Source: Callorhinchus milii (lineage: Eukaryota). From it: a stretch of DNA of 64,000 nt. Positions 37,943-50,680 of the stretch are shown one piece after another (position 1 is the first letter of the stretch; each line of letters opens with the position of its first letter). The stretch is from NCBI RefSeq assembly GCF_018977255.1, contig NW_024704742.1, positions 100,876,001-100,940,000 of the forward strand, given 5' to 3'. A model generated the notes under the pieces. That model saw nothing but the letters and a program-made list of their open reading frames with translations. It made no database searches and was not told the origin of the DNA. A program made the translations under genes and the position numbers.

Positions 37943-39034
37943 ATCACATCATGAGGGTTGAGAGACATTACCATACATTAAGGGCAGTTGTGGCACAATA
38001 CCTGAAAGGAAAACACTTCACTGGGCTTGTATAAGTAATTAAAAACTGGCTCTGTTTTAAGATCTTGAATCCCTTGTGTTATAGATGTTTGAGATGAAGC
38101 TCGGTTCCATTCTGCCCTTGTGACAAGTGGTGATGGATTCCATAGATTTGTTCTACAAACCAAGGGCTTTTACCTGATAGTCACAACTCTATTTTGGGCA
38201 CACTGACTTTCAGAAACATATGTTCCCTATACTCTAGATCCAGTTCAAACTGATGAAGTGAGACAACATTATGGACTGTGATAAAACGTATTTGAGAATA
38301 TACAGCAGTAGGGCAGCAGAGGGATTTTACTGCAATGTTAGTGTGTTCCAGCCATGTTGGGCTTTAAGACAGCAAGTGACAGGGAATTCACCTGATATTC
38401 TATTTTAGGTCTTTCTAAAAAGAAATAACAAATTCCATTTTTTTTATTCTTAGATCTTTTGGGACTATTTCGACTTGGGTGAGCTGATTATAGCTGCATT
38501 CTCATGTGATCCTTTCATTTTTCTTGTGACCTAGGCATTTTCAGTGTATTTTCTCTAGGTTGTCAGTAAAAAAGTGCTCCGATATGCTACCCTGCTGCTA
38601 TATAGCTGCAAGTCATACTATTTTTCTGCCTGCTCACAAAACACAAACATGCAATAAGAAAATGACAGGAGTGGCTAAAATGTTACAATATATTATTGTA
38701 TGATAAATATAAATTGAACCAGATGAGATAGTCATACAATATTAATACACAAGAGTTGTGCCACAGTGGATTTCTACATTGAAAATTGAAAGTTTACTGA
38801 TGCCTGGGTACATCCCTACTGAGGTTCTGCAAACAGTTTTGGAATGGCAACTAGCTCAGCGGGGGAAACTTGACAATATTTCCACAGCTATTTATAACTG
38901 GATGACATTCAAAAACATACACTGGGTTTGGCAATATTATCATTCAAGAATCCACTTTGGAAAAACAGTGGGGTAAAATCAGCAGTGGTTCTTAACCCAT
39001 TTATTATAGTAGTTAGCAAAATAATTATAATAAT

Positions 39035-39140
39035 AACAATCCTTACATTTGGTACAACGCCTTTCAGTTTGGGAGGATGTCCCAAAGCACTTCACAAGAT
39101 ATACTGTAAAGTGGAGTGACTCTGTGTTTCATGGGCGAAT
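39035..39140 (-). mobile_element. SINE/L2-type tail fragment
   Basis: AATCCTTACATTTGG..GGAGGATGTCCCAAAGCACTTCAC. Confidence 0.7.
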
Positions 39141-39289
39141 GTAAATGGATAAGGAGACTCTTTAAATTCTATCTCAGTATTGCTTAAATACATTCTATTT
39201 TTGAAAGAAGGAAAATGTGAATTTCAACAAATTGCATCTGGAAGCAGGGGAATGGAGAAGGATGGTCCTGAGACAATCGCATTTAGCTT

Positions 39290-39530
39290 TGCTGGGAGTC
39301 ACAGAAGTCACAGGTTTAGAGTTGCAAGGGGCAACTTCAGGACACATGCCAGGAAGTATCTTTTTACCCAGAGGATATTTAGCGACTGGAACGCCTGAGG
39401 CCAGGACCCTGGACTCATTTAATAAATGGCTTAATTCTATAATGAATGGATGGTAGATGGGTATTTTGGAAGGATGAGATGAAATGAGCTAAACGTCTTC
39501 TCTATCCACCTCTAACTCCTAGTTTATTCC
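39290..39530 (+). mobile_element. Old CR1 3' end
   Basis: Translates RSHRFRV..NFRTHARKYLFTQRIFSDWNA..TLDSFNKWL. Confidence 0.75.
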
Positions 39531-40094
39531 GTTTCACTCATGTGGATCTAAACTCCTCAATCTCCCTGGGATCTCCTTCAGACTCACCGAACCAGTGATC
39601 TCTTATGATCTTGGGATAACAATCCTGAGTGTGTGGATAATGATTCATTCTCAACCTTGCAGCACCAGCAATGATCCAAAGACATAGGTTTTGCCTGGTG
39701 CAATGTCATTACATCTATCAATAACAGTGTTCGTTGCCTCCAGCATTGACAGAAAAGCAACACTGAAAACAGAACAAATTACAAGCTGTAACTCCATTTT
39801 CCCAGTCCTGTTCTGATATAGTGACATTTTTAATTGAGGAACCAAGACTTACATTCTTATTCATTTATTGAAAATTCAGCTCTCCAAATCTCAAAGCTGA
39901 GGTATGGCAGTCTGATTAGTCAAACTACATCAATCACAGTCAATCCACTTTATATTATATTCTGTGAAACACTTTGAGACATCTCAACAACGCGATAAGG
40001 CACTGTATCAAATTCAGGTATTATTATTATCATGTAATCTAGTTATTGTTTTTTTTTGGTCAGCACGTTTTTGACACATGTTGAAACCCATTGT

Positions 40095-40650
40095 CAACAA
40101 CAACAACAACAACAAGATTCCATTTATAAAGCGCCTTTCTCGTCAGGAGGACGTCCCAAGGCGCTGCACAGTTGGGTCATGACCCGAGCAGGGGGGAAAT
40201 GGTCAGGGTGAGGGAAGGGAGGGAGCAAGGAGGGGGGAAATGGTCAGGGTGAGGGGAGGGAAGGGAGGGAGCGAGGAGGGGGAAGAGAGTCGAGAGGGGA
40301 GCTGAAGGCACGGTCAAAGAGAAAGGTTTTGAGACCGGCCTTGAAGGAGGAAAGGGAGGAGGCGGCGAAGGCACTGGGGGATGGAGTTTCAGAGCCTGGG
40401 GGCTGAGAGGCTGAAGGCCCGACCACCGATGGTAGGGCGGTTGGGGCGGGGGACGTGGAGCAGACCAGAGCCAGAGGAACGGAGGGTACGGGCAGGTAGG
40501 TAGGGGATAGTAGGTTGGAGAGGTAGGAGGGAGCAAGGCCGTGAATGGCCTTGTAGGTGAGGATGAGGATCTTGAAATCAATCCTCTGGGGGATGGGGAG
40601 CCAGTGGAGGCGAGCGAGGGTGGGAGTGATGTGGTCCCGAAGCCTGGTGC
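40095..40650 (-). mobile_element. Young 5'-truncated L2 3' end
   Basis: (CAA)n tail; near-identical to 18467-18816; GTCA at both flanks (40093-40096 and 40651-40654). Confidence 0.95.
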
Positions 40651-40794
40651 GTCATGGTTAAGAGGATTCAAACAGACTGATCACCTTCTGTAAAACTGTT
40701 ACTGAGTTGCAGAGAGCAGGAAGGTTCCACGTTCAATTCCTGCTCAGAGTTGACTCTTCAGCATTATTCACCTTCAGGAGAGAAGGAGCATCAG

Positions 40795-41180
40795 GAATAA
40801 CAACAACAACAATATCTTGCACTTATATAGCACCCTCCATGCAGGGTAGCGTCTCAGAGCGCTTAACAGTAGCGGAGGGGGAAGGTGGCCATAAGCACGG
40901 TCAAAGAGGAAAGTTTTCAGATAGTGAGGAATGCGTTGGAGTAATCCAAGCAGGAGGTGACACACGCATGCACAAGGGTTTCAGCTGCATTTGGAGTAAG
41001 GTGCGGTCAGAGGCGAGCAATATGGTGGAGGTGGAAGAAGGCAGTCCTGGTCAGTGACCAGATGTAGGGGAAGAAGGATAGTTGAGGGTCGAACTGGACA
41101 CCTAAGTTGCGCACTGGTTCGGTGAGTCTGAAGGAGATCCCAGGGAGGTTGAGGAGTTTAGATCCACATGAATGAAGCGG
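40795..41180 (-). mobile_element. L2 3' fragment (third subfamily) with internal deletion
   Basis: LKTFLFDRAYG; tail GAGACGCTACCCTGCATGGAGGGTGCTATATAAG; its 5' part is duplicated at 39530-39597. Confidence 0.85.
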
Positions 41181-42223
41181 AATAAACTAGGGATTAGAGG
41201 TGGAGGCAGCCAGTGAAAATACCAACAGTGGGAACAAAAATGCAGTATTTGCAACGTGATTCAAAAAGGATTTATGGACATTGAATCTATGTGACATGAA
41301 TTTCTTCTGGCCGCATACCAGCTGATTGTCTTCAACTATCAACTGATCATGTTTGTCACACTTATTAATGATTACTAGCAATAGTTAACACATCACATCT
41401 TTTACCGTGCCATGTGAATCATATATAACAATTTGCCTTAATCCAAATCAATTTGTAAAGACATTCATTCCAACTGTAGTAATATTATAGTGTTGCTGCA
41501 TATTGCATTATAAAATGTTTTTCCTTTGCAATTAATGAAGAGTACAGAAGATGAAAATAAAGTACAGAGGTCTGAGCTCATTATAAAAGGTAGTGGAAAC
41601 AGATCAGTGTTGTTCACTGAAAAATGCTTACAATTTTAACTCCCATTTTGGATGAGATTAGCTCACTTTGGTTAGAAAAAGATCAAAATTGTGTAAGTTC
41701 ATATTCTATAATTCATACACTTCAGATTTTACAAGTCTATTCCTAATGAAAAATCTGTAGTTGTTCATTATAACACAGCCTAATGCATAAATCATATTGC
41801 CTTTGGGTTTATAGTTTGACAAGATGCAGACTGAAATGAGATAGTTTAATAAACCTTTCCTATTTCACTTTTTAGACATTTGTGCTAAAACATATTAAGT
41901 CAGTCATGCACCAATGAGCTCCTGAACAATGGATCTCCTTTAGATTTAGCTGCAAATTAACTTAGATTCTCCCTCGTAAATTTAGCAAATTATATTAAAA
42001 AGATCATATTTAATTACATATTTAATCTAACAGATGACGAGGTATACAATTTAATTCCAGTTATTTTAAGAAAATGCTAAAGTACAGAATACTGGGTTAA
42101 GCTTTGTTGGCTTTACAGCATGGCAATTGAAATCTTTCTATAAATCAGAAAGAGCAAAAAAGAAATTGGCAGCTACTTCTTCGATGAGTCACTGAGTTCA
42201 GTGACTTGTTTGTAGGCAAACAG

Positions 42224-42776
42224 AGAATCATAGAATTATACAGCACAGAAGAAGGCCATTCATCCCATCGGATCTGTGATGGTTGTTTTAAAAGAGCTAT
42301 CCAAATCAATCCCACTCCCTCGCTCTCTCCCCATAGCTCTGCAAACTTGTCCTATACAAATAATTATCTACTTCTCTCTTAAAAGTTGTTAATGAATCGG
42401 CTTCCACCACCCTTTCAGACAATGCATTCCAGATCCGAGCAACTCGCTGTGTGAAAACATTTCTCCTGACCTCCCCTCTGTTTCTTTTAACAACTATTTT
42501 AAATCAGTGTCTTCGGGTTACCGACCCACCCGCCAGTGGAAATAGTTTCTCCTTGTACACCCTATCGAATCCCCTCTTAATATTGAAAACTTCTATTGAG
42601 TCACGTCTTAAGTTTCTCTACTCCAAGGAGAATAATTCTAGCTTCTCCAGCCTCTCCTCATAACTGAAATTCCTCATTCCTGGTACCATCCTTGTAAATC
42701 TCATTTGCACCCTCTCCAATGCCTTGACACTCATCCTAAAGTGTGGTGCCCAGAACTGAATACAGTACTCTAGCTG
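42224..42776 (-). mobile_element. CR1 LINE 3' end
   Basis: Minus strand reads LEYCIQFWAPHF..LERVQMRFTRMVPG..FTQRVARIWNAL; AGAATCATAGAAT terminal repeat. Confidence 0.95.
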
Positions 42777-42834
42777 ACATGGCATCTTATTTGTACCAGT
42801 GATATACCACAGTCATTAGGTGCATTAATCCAGA

Positions 42835-43152
42835 TAATTATTGGTCAATTGGGAGCTTTTCCCTTTTCAAATAATGGAGTGTCGGGGATCTTTATAATCC
42901 TCGGGATAATAAGTAATAGGAGGATGTTATTGGGATGTCCTCCTGACATGAAAGGCGCTATACAAATGTAATTTTGTATTGTATTGTGTCCACCTGATCT
43001 GACAGATATACCCTCTATTTAAGGTCTTGTCTGAAAGGCAGCATCTTGGACAACAGAGTATTCCCCCATACTGCACGGGAGTGTGAGCCTAGGGTCATGA
43101 GTTTGAACCCTCAACCCATTGACCCGTGAAAATACTACCAACTGAGTCAAAG
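42835..43152 (-). mobile_element. SacSINE1-like SINE with a plus-strand tail element inserted at about 42893-42986
   Basis: GGGATCTTTA|TGTCCACCTGA is split by GGGATGTCCTCCTGACATGAAAGG..(ATTGT)n. Confidence 0.7.
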
Positions 43153-43819
43153 TAATTCCGTTCACTCTCACGTTATAGCCACCAGCCCAATCAGTCAGGG
43201 AAAATTATGAATTGACATCCTTGTTGCTTGGTTATAGAATTATACTGTGATTTAGATGGCGCTTGGATAGGAAATAAATGGCAGCTGTTGAGTGAATCCA
43301 GGAACAAAAAGCATGCTTCTCATTACTGTCTCAATGCAGACATTTACTGTCCTGAACCTATAACTCACATTAGTTAAGTTATAGGTTCTCTGTTTAGGGT
43401 TTTCATGCAATCTATAATGTCATTAATAATAATCCTTACATTTGATATACACTAAAACCTTCGTTGGCCACACAAATCAAGGGGAAATCCAGTCTGGTGA
43501 GTTTCCAGCTAAGTGTAATAAAAATGCCAGTACCACCAAAATAGTAACACTTCCTTTTTGAAATGATTACATTTAAACCATTTTCTTGTCTGAAGAAAGT
43601 TTTAGATTATTGATCCTCTTACAAATTCCTTATGGATTTTTTAAAATCTCAATTCATTGAATTAACAACAATAACAATTTATGTTTCTATAGTGCTTTTC
43701 ACATTGGGAGGACATCCCAAAGTAATTAAAACAAAACAGAAGTTGTGAAGGATGACTTTGCCCCATTTGGTACATTTTGGGGTTCAAACACACATCAAGG
43801 ACTGAACTTTACTGAAGAT

Positions 43820-43983
43820 TATGTATGTATGTATGTATGTATGTATGTATGTATGTATGTATGTATGTATGTATGTATGTATGTATGTATGTATGTATGT
43901 ATGTATGTATGTATGTATGTATGTATGTATGTATGTATGTATGTATGTATGTATGTATGTATGTATGTATGTATGTATGTATG
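43820..43983. repeat. Perfect (TATG)41 microsatellite
   Basis: Uninterrupted tetranucleotide array of 164 bp. Confidence 0.99.
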
Positions 43984-45857
43984 TCTGTGTGTATATGTAT
44001 ATAGGTATACAGGTATAAGCGTGAATGGGTAAATAAATGAATGTTGTACATGTACAAATATGCTTTTTGTAGTCCTATAAAATATACAGATTCTAATTTT
44101 GTGCACACTGCTCAAAGGAGATACAACCCTAACCCTAACCCCGGCAAATTAAACCAATTGAATGTAAACTGCTGATGTATTGTAGGTAGAGATTTTTTAA
44201 TTAGATTGCACAATGGAAATATACATTGTGGCCATGTAAAACAAATCTGATATTTTTCTTTTGAAAACAGAAACTGTGTACAGTACAGTAACAATAATAG
44301 GATGCTTATCATCCAAGTAATTTTGCAATGAAAAACTGGACATTAATAATTGTGGAACATTTTAAAAAATAAATTGAAAAAAATGCAATGGAAGAACATA
44401 AATGGAAGCAGGTAGGTAGAAGCAGATTAAAAGGGCACAATTTTCATGGACCACTCTATTTTGCTTGCTATGTTAGAAATGTTAGAAAAGCCCGATGTTA
44501 TTTTTGACATGCTTACAATGTGTAGGTGATGCAATGATGCATTTTTAATATGATTTATGCCATTGAATTTTGCATTTGTGTACAACCTAAAAATAGTTTT
44601 CCAGACACTTTGCCAGCAAGACAGTGCCCTTTCAGAGGAATGCTTTAGTAAAACTAACTTTGTTTACTAATGTCAAAGGTGTAAAATGTGCGCTATCGTT
44701 ATTCCATATGGAAGCTCAGCAACACTTTGAGTTTTCACATTGAGGACGGAGGTCCCAGCTGTATTTCTGCCTAACATGTTCAGCTGTTACAAAACACATT
44801 CAAGTAACTTTTACAGTAAGTAATAAATTTAGTGAAGATCATAGGTTTTCGCTTTTAAAAAAAATGCAGTTACAACACTTTACAAAGAATCCTGTGAAAC
44901 ACCTTGAGATGTCCTCCTGACTGGAAAGGTTCTATATGCAAGAATTATTATACACAGGAACTATCTGGGATAATACACCATGTGATTTTCATTTCCCTTC
45001 CTCTTTCCCTGTCTGATGGGCTATCGTAACCTAATAACTAAGTTCCTTTTTTTGTTTAGAATACTTTTTCTTTGCCTACAAAATACAGTCAGTCCACTTT
45101 ACAGTAAATCCTGTGAACCACTTTGAGGCATCCTCAAGATGTGAAAGGCAAGATTTATTATTCATTCATTTTAGACCTATAGCTATTTTCATTTCACTTA
45201 TTCTATTTACCGTTTAAATTATATCCTTGTAGCCAGTCACACAGCAAGCTTGTCCTCCTTCAGTTGCAAGATATGAGTATGGTATGTGGTGTCAAGAGGA
45301 AACAAAGCAAAAAATATAGTAAAATGCAGTTAAAAAAAAAGCCAAGTTGAAGCAATCTTGTGCACGATCAGATATGCATTTTCAGGGAAAGAGGAATTTA
45401 ATTATGACATTTATTTTGTGGCACCAATATTGATTTATATAGTACACTTGGACTGAATATTGCTGTCTTATTCGCAATAGATCATTCACTTTTAAAATGA
45501 ATTTGCAATTGTTCTTTAATTATAGTGAATTATCATATATTGCTTTCATGGGCTCCACAGATATGACACAGTGTGACAGGTAATGTACATTCATGAGTAG
45601 CTTGTGGGCAGTATTGGCAGGGAGCTCTAGTGGGGTACAATTGTATTTGGCTATATTGCTGAAATTGCCAAGAGAATCAATGTCTGTTGTTTTTGATCGC
45701 ACTGAGGGCGAGAAATTCCACCTCATTCTATTTATGAAGAATTTCATAATCCAGAGTTTGGAAAATTCTTCATAAAAGTCTAAATTTTGAACTTAGCTTT
45801 CTGTTAGTTATTTTAAGAACTTGTCAACCAAGCTCGTCTCTGAGCAGCAGGTTGTGT

Positions 45858-46395
45858 GCCCTCCTCGCCGGTCTCCCCAACTCCACTATTCACAAACTAC
45901 AACTGGTTCAGAACTCCGCCACCCAAATTCTTACTGATACTAAACTCAGTACACCCATTACACCAGTCCTTGCCAGGCTCTAGTGTCTCCCTATCATAGA
46001 ACAGATTGATTTCAAGATCCTCTCACTTGACTACAAATCCATTCATGCTCTGACACCTCCCTAACTTTCTGACCTACTTTTTCCCCACTCCACTATCTGC
46101 TGCCTCCACTCAGCTGGCTCTGGCATCCTGCTTGTTCCTCGTCACCCCTTCTCCACTATCGGCGGATGCACTTTCAGCCACTGAAGCTTTGGAACTCTCT
46201 CCCCAATCCCTTTGCCTTGCCCTCTCCTTTCCCTCCTTTAGATCATGACTGAAGACCTTCCTCTTCAACCGTACTTACGGTCACTTCCTCCCTCCCGCAG
46301 TTTAGCGTCAGGCTCTGTACCTTTAAGCACTCCAAGATGCTGCCCAGCATGAAGGGTGCTATATAATACAAGTTGTTGTTGTTGTTATTGTTGTT
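45858..46395 (+). mobile_element. L2 3' end (third subfamily)
   Basis: LLAGLPNSTIHKLQLVQNSA..IDFKIL; tail ending (GTT)n. Confidence 0.9.
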
Positions 46396-46642
46396 CAAGC
46401 CTCACAGCAGGTCTAGAAACCTTTGCTGACACTTGCTGACAATCAATGCAGTGCTGGAGGTGTTCTGCTTTGTTGGAGGTGCCATTCTTCAGATGAGACA
46501 ATAAATTAAAGTCCTGTCTGCCTGTTTCGGTGGACATTAAAGTTCCCATGGTATTATTTTAAAAAAGAAGGGAGTTTCTCTCAGTGTCTTGGCCAGTAAT
46601 CCCCAAATAAAATTGGTCATTTGCATTCACTGTTTGTGGGAA
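46396..46642 (+). mobile_element. SacSINE1-like central fragment
   Basis: GTTGGAGGTGCCATTCTTCAGATGAGAC..GTGGACATTAAAG..TCTTGGCCA. Confidence 0.85.
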
Positions 46643-47494
46643 TCCTTCTACCCAACTGTTTCTTAAATGAGGCCTATTGCCTGAAAATAAACATGTCTAT
46701 ATGAAGATGAAATTCCTTTTGCTATTAAGAATAGCAAATTTGATGACGGCATCTAATTTATAGATTCCTTAAGTATCAAATTGAATTATCCCGATATGTG
46801 GGGAAGCGGATCCCTATCCCAATAAAATTAAAAATGACTTATTTAGATTTCTTCGTTTCACATCACACCGAGCAACAGACGAATAAAACTATTTATGAGT
46901 TGATGAAAGGATCCTATTTCACAAAGGTGCTATTAGATTCTAGCTGAACTGAATTTAACAGACACAAAGCATTGTTACATTTTCTGAATTAAGATTGATG
47001 CGAATAATTTGTGTACAGTGGTTAAATAACATAAATGAGCCTTATCTGTCTTCTGACTGAAATGATCCTATATGAAATAAGTTGATGCTGATTCACAGCA
47101 CCAAAGCATCCTTAATTCTTGTGCAATTACCATTAGATTGCGAATATCACTTCGCAAGGCTGTGTGAATTTCTGTTTTGGGAAATGTGGGAGGAAATGAC
47201 AGTGTCAGGGGTAAAAGAGGAGTTGTGCTCTGCAACTTGCTTGTGCTATAACCAACATTGAAGGATTTGATGCTCACATTGGGGGATTAATTGTGAAAAT
47301 ATTAAATTTTAATGCTATTATTCCTCCTATCGATCAGGGCACAATTGCACAAAAGAAATGAATAAACAGTTTTTTAACCATTCCATCAGAATGTATTCCT
47401 GACAAATTCAAACACAGCATGAAAAAATAAAGTGATAAAATTCAGCATTGATGGGATATTGTAGACTCTAATCTAACTTCCTGCCTCTTCACAC

Positions 47495-47772
47495 TCATTC
47501 ATGCACACATGCACGCATGCAACCACATGTATGTACATGCACACACACACATGTCCTTACACACACACAAGCACAAGTCACATACATACACAAATGCATC
47601 ACACACACCCACACACACAGTCGTATAGGCGTGCACACACATGCACACACACACACATACAAACAAACGTACACATACACTCACAAGTATACACACACAT
47701 GTGTGTGCACATACACGCATGTATGGGCACATGCACACACACACAAAAGCACATGTGTACTCATATATGCAT
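47495..47772. repeat. Degenerate (CA/TG)n alternating purine-pyrimidine tract
   Basis: CACACATGCACGCATG-type runs over ~280 bp. Confidence 0.9.
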
Positions 47773-48239
47773 AAACAAGAGCTTTCTCGAAATGATTGAT
47801 TCTCTTTAATCTAAGTCGTTGACTAATATTTGAATTAACATATGATTGGCCATTTATCCAGAGCAAAGTGAACATTGTTTCTATTGGAATGTGATGCAGT
47901 TCAATGCCAAATCTTCAATGCCAGATTCTGTTGCAGTTTGGCCAGTCAGAAAAAAAAACGAAAGTGTGAGGAACTGTTTAGATGTCTTAATTACCTAGTA
48001 AAACACCATTTTGTTGGATGAACTGACTTGTTAATTTACCTTCTAACATGCTTTCCCCTTTTTCTACCAACTCAGGGTCCTCTTCTCTGAAACCATGTCC
48101 TTCATATAATGTAAGCAACTCAATATGATACAAGGAATCCAAATGGAGACTCCTGGTAGCTGAACATACCATACCTGACCTGAATTTTCTTTTGACACAA
48201 CCTATTTCCAGAGCAGAATTTACAGCAAATACAACATTA

Positions 48240-48657
48240 CAATTGACTGCCACATTTCGCCCACAAAATATACAGTCATTCATTTTACAGTATGTTCTGT
48301 GAAGTGTTTTGAGACATCTTGAAGGCGTGATAAGGATTATTATTATTATTCCTTAATCATGAATCCAGTTGAGAATTATTGCAAATCAGACCCCAAATTG
48401 TTTTGTACATCAAGTAATGGTTCACATGCAAATCAATACAATGTACATGAAAACAAATGTAATAATAATAATAATAATCCTTGCATTTGATATAGCGCTT
48501 TTCACGTCTTCTAGATATCCCAAAGTGCTTCACAAACTATACTGTAAAGTGAATTGACTGTATATTTGTGGGCAAAAGCGGCAGCCAATTGCGCACAGCA
48601 ATGTCCCACAAACAGTCGTGGATTGAAAATGACCAATTTATTATTGNTTTTTTTGGT
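48240..48657. mobile_element. Tail-to-tail pair of CmiSINE-like 3' fragments (48240-48350 plus, 48460-48657 minus)
   Basis: Both match the SINE 3' half; single N at 48647. Confidence 0.9.
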
Positions 48658-48829
48658 AAATGTACTGTTAAGGCAGATAACACCACCTAAACTCAAGAGG
48701 ATGATAGTTATTTTCTCGTGGTAGTTCGAGGACTATTAGTACACTGCTTACCAAGGTCCCAATACAATGGATTTTATTTTGCAACGCTAAAGGCAGTTCA
48801 GTGAATAAAAATGTAATCTATTTCCATTG

Positions 48830-49080
48830 GCGAACCTAAGGTTGAGAAAGACATGGTCCAGGTCTTCAAAATGCAGAGAGGCACAAATAATGTCATAGTA
48901 AGTAGGTTATTAGACAGTGATTACAGAACCAGAGGATATAAACATTACCAAATTAACAAGCTTACTGTGTGACTAGAGATGAGAAGAAATTATTCTGTTC
49001 ATGAGGTGGAGGATACACACTCTCAGCCAAAGCAATTAATGTTGTATTAACTACTGCAAAAAGATTTGGTGTATATAAGA
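48830..49080 (+). mobile_element. Degraded CR1 ORF2 3' fragment
   Basis: GGTCTTCAAAAT..AGAACCAGAGGATATAA..AGAAGAAATT blocks. Confidence 0.5.
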
Positions 49081-49989
49081 AAATCATTGCTCACCTCGAG
49101 CAGCATAGTTTGCATTTCTATTTTCAAGTTAAATGAATAACTACGAAAATGCTTCTCCTGAAGCTAATCGATTAGAGTTCGCTCTGATGTTTTTCTTTGA
49201 AATGTGTTTGCTCCAAGTCAGGTGTTGTTGCTCAAACTCCAGGTTCAGCAGGTGCCTGGCAGATTCCCTCAGGGAGAACCTGTGTTGTGTGACCTTTCCA
49301 CCTTTTGTTGAGGATGGGGTTTGTAGTTGACTCAATGTTTTCTTCATGTGTTAGTTGATAGTGATTTTCAAGTGGTTCATTCTCCAGGCATTTCATAGTT
49401 TTACAGGGACTTAAAATTTGCAAACTAGGTGTGCTGCTAGTGACTTTTGGTTTGAGACTAATATTGCAGGATTTGCTGCCAAATTTGTTTACAAATTGCA
49501 AAAGAAGTCCCAAAAAAATCACGAACCCAGAAGTCCAATAAAATAAATGTTTTGGGAAGCATCTTGTTTTTTGTCCATTTTGTCAGATTTTTCAGGCCTT
49601 TCTTTCAGGCAAAAAAATTGCTCAATAGCAAAATACTGGCTGATGACAAATTCATCATCGTGGCTGGCGTTTTGCCTGTACAGATGAGCCAGGCTGCACA
49701 GTGCAACACTGTCATGTGAACTATCCAGGAATGACACGCAATACTCTGTAGTTTGCACAATGCTGCCCAGAGTGATGTAAATCATAGCAGTCACAGCATG
49801 CACTCACTCACTCACTCACTCACCAAATAATTCTGATATTTTTCTGCTAGAGACCGCATCTTTATTCATTTTCTCTTCACAACTGGACCCCTGGGCTGAG
49901 CTCTGTGGGGCTCCTTTAAACTGTCTAAATCAATTCTGACTGAATCTGCAGTAGCTTCTCCACCGTGCTTGTCTCTGAATGCTCCATTT

Positions 49990-50370
49990 GTGGAGTCCTG
50001 TAGCGTATTGGTTAGACTACTCACCTCACAAGTGAGAGGACCTTGGTTTGATTCCTGGTAGGTTGAAACTTTAGGCAAGTTTGCTTACTCCACATGCCTC
50101 TGTTTACCTAGCAATAAGTAGAAACTTGGTTGCTAGTCTATTGACAGATCACTTTTCCGGGAGTAATAATCCCTTAAAAAAAATAAAAATAATAATAATT
50201 TGGTCACTCAATCCACAACTGTTTGTGAGACACTGCTGTGCGCAATTGGTTGCTTTGTTTCTCCCACAAAATATACAGTCAATTCACTTTACACTATATT
50301 CTGTAAAGCGCTTTGAGATGTCTAAGGCGCATGATAAGGCATTTCATCAAATGTAAGGATTATTATTTTA
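49990..50370 (+). mobile_element. CmiSINE-like long variant
   Basis: GTGGAGTCCTGTAGC head, GCCTCTGTTTACCTAGCAATAAGTAG block, Deu-like part, tail. Confidence 0.93.
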
Positions 50371-50439
50371 TGAATAAAGCACAAGAGTGAAGATTATAAG
50401 TTTGGTTTGGATGAAGAAATAGTTCGGCTAAATTAATTA

Positions 50440-50680
50440 GTAAAGTAAGAAAAACATCCTGTTGTCTGTCCTGAAATTGCCTTTTGCAACTCTAAACCTA
50501 TGTCCTCTTGTTTTACTGTCTTAGCGCATCCGAAAAGAATTGCTCTGTGTTTACTTTTTCAATCTCTTTTATACAGCTCTATGAAGTCTCATATTTTTCA
50601 TGATTGATTCTCTCAAACTCTTTCATTATCTTAATGCTTCTATCATATCACCCCTCAATTTTCTCTGCTCCAATTTCCCT
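50440..50680 (-). mobile_element. Degraded CR1 fragment
   Basis: AAACCTATGTCCTCTTGTT and ATCATATCACCCCTCAATTTTCTCTGCTCCAA are reverse-complement CR1 blocks. Confidence 0.55.

Noticed and set aside
43745..44115. ORFs with YVCM/HTYI repeats
   Set aside because: Translation of the (TATG)n microsatellite
44125..44141. AACCCTAACCCTAACCC telomere-like repeat
   Set aside because: Fewer than three units; too short to call an interstitial telomeric site
47088..47103. CTGATTCACAGCACCA resembling the complement of part of miR-138
   Set aside because: The seed end does not match and there is no pre-miRNA-length hairpin; likely chance
48647..48647. Single N near the SINE truncation point as a possible misjoin
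   Set aside because: It sits in a T homopolymer and the SINE sequence continues a few bases past it; most likely a base-call ambiguity
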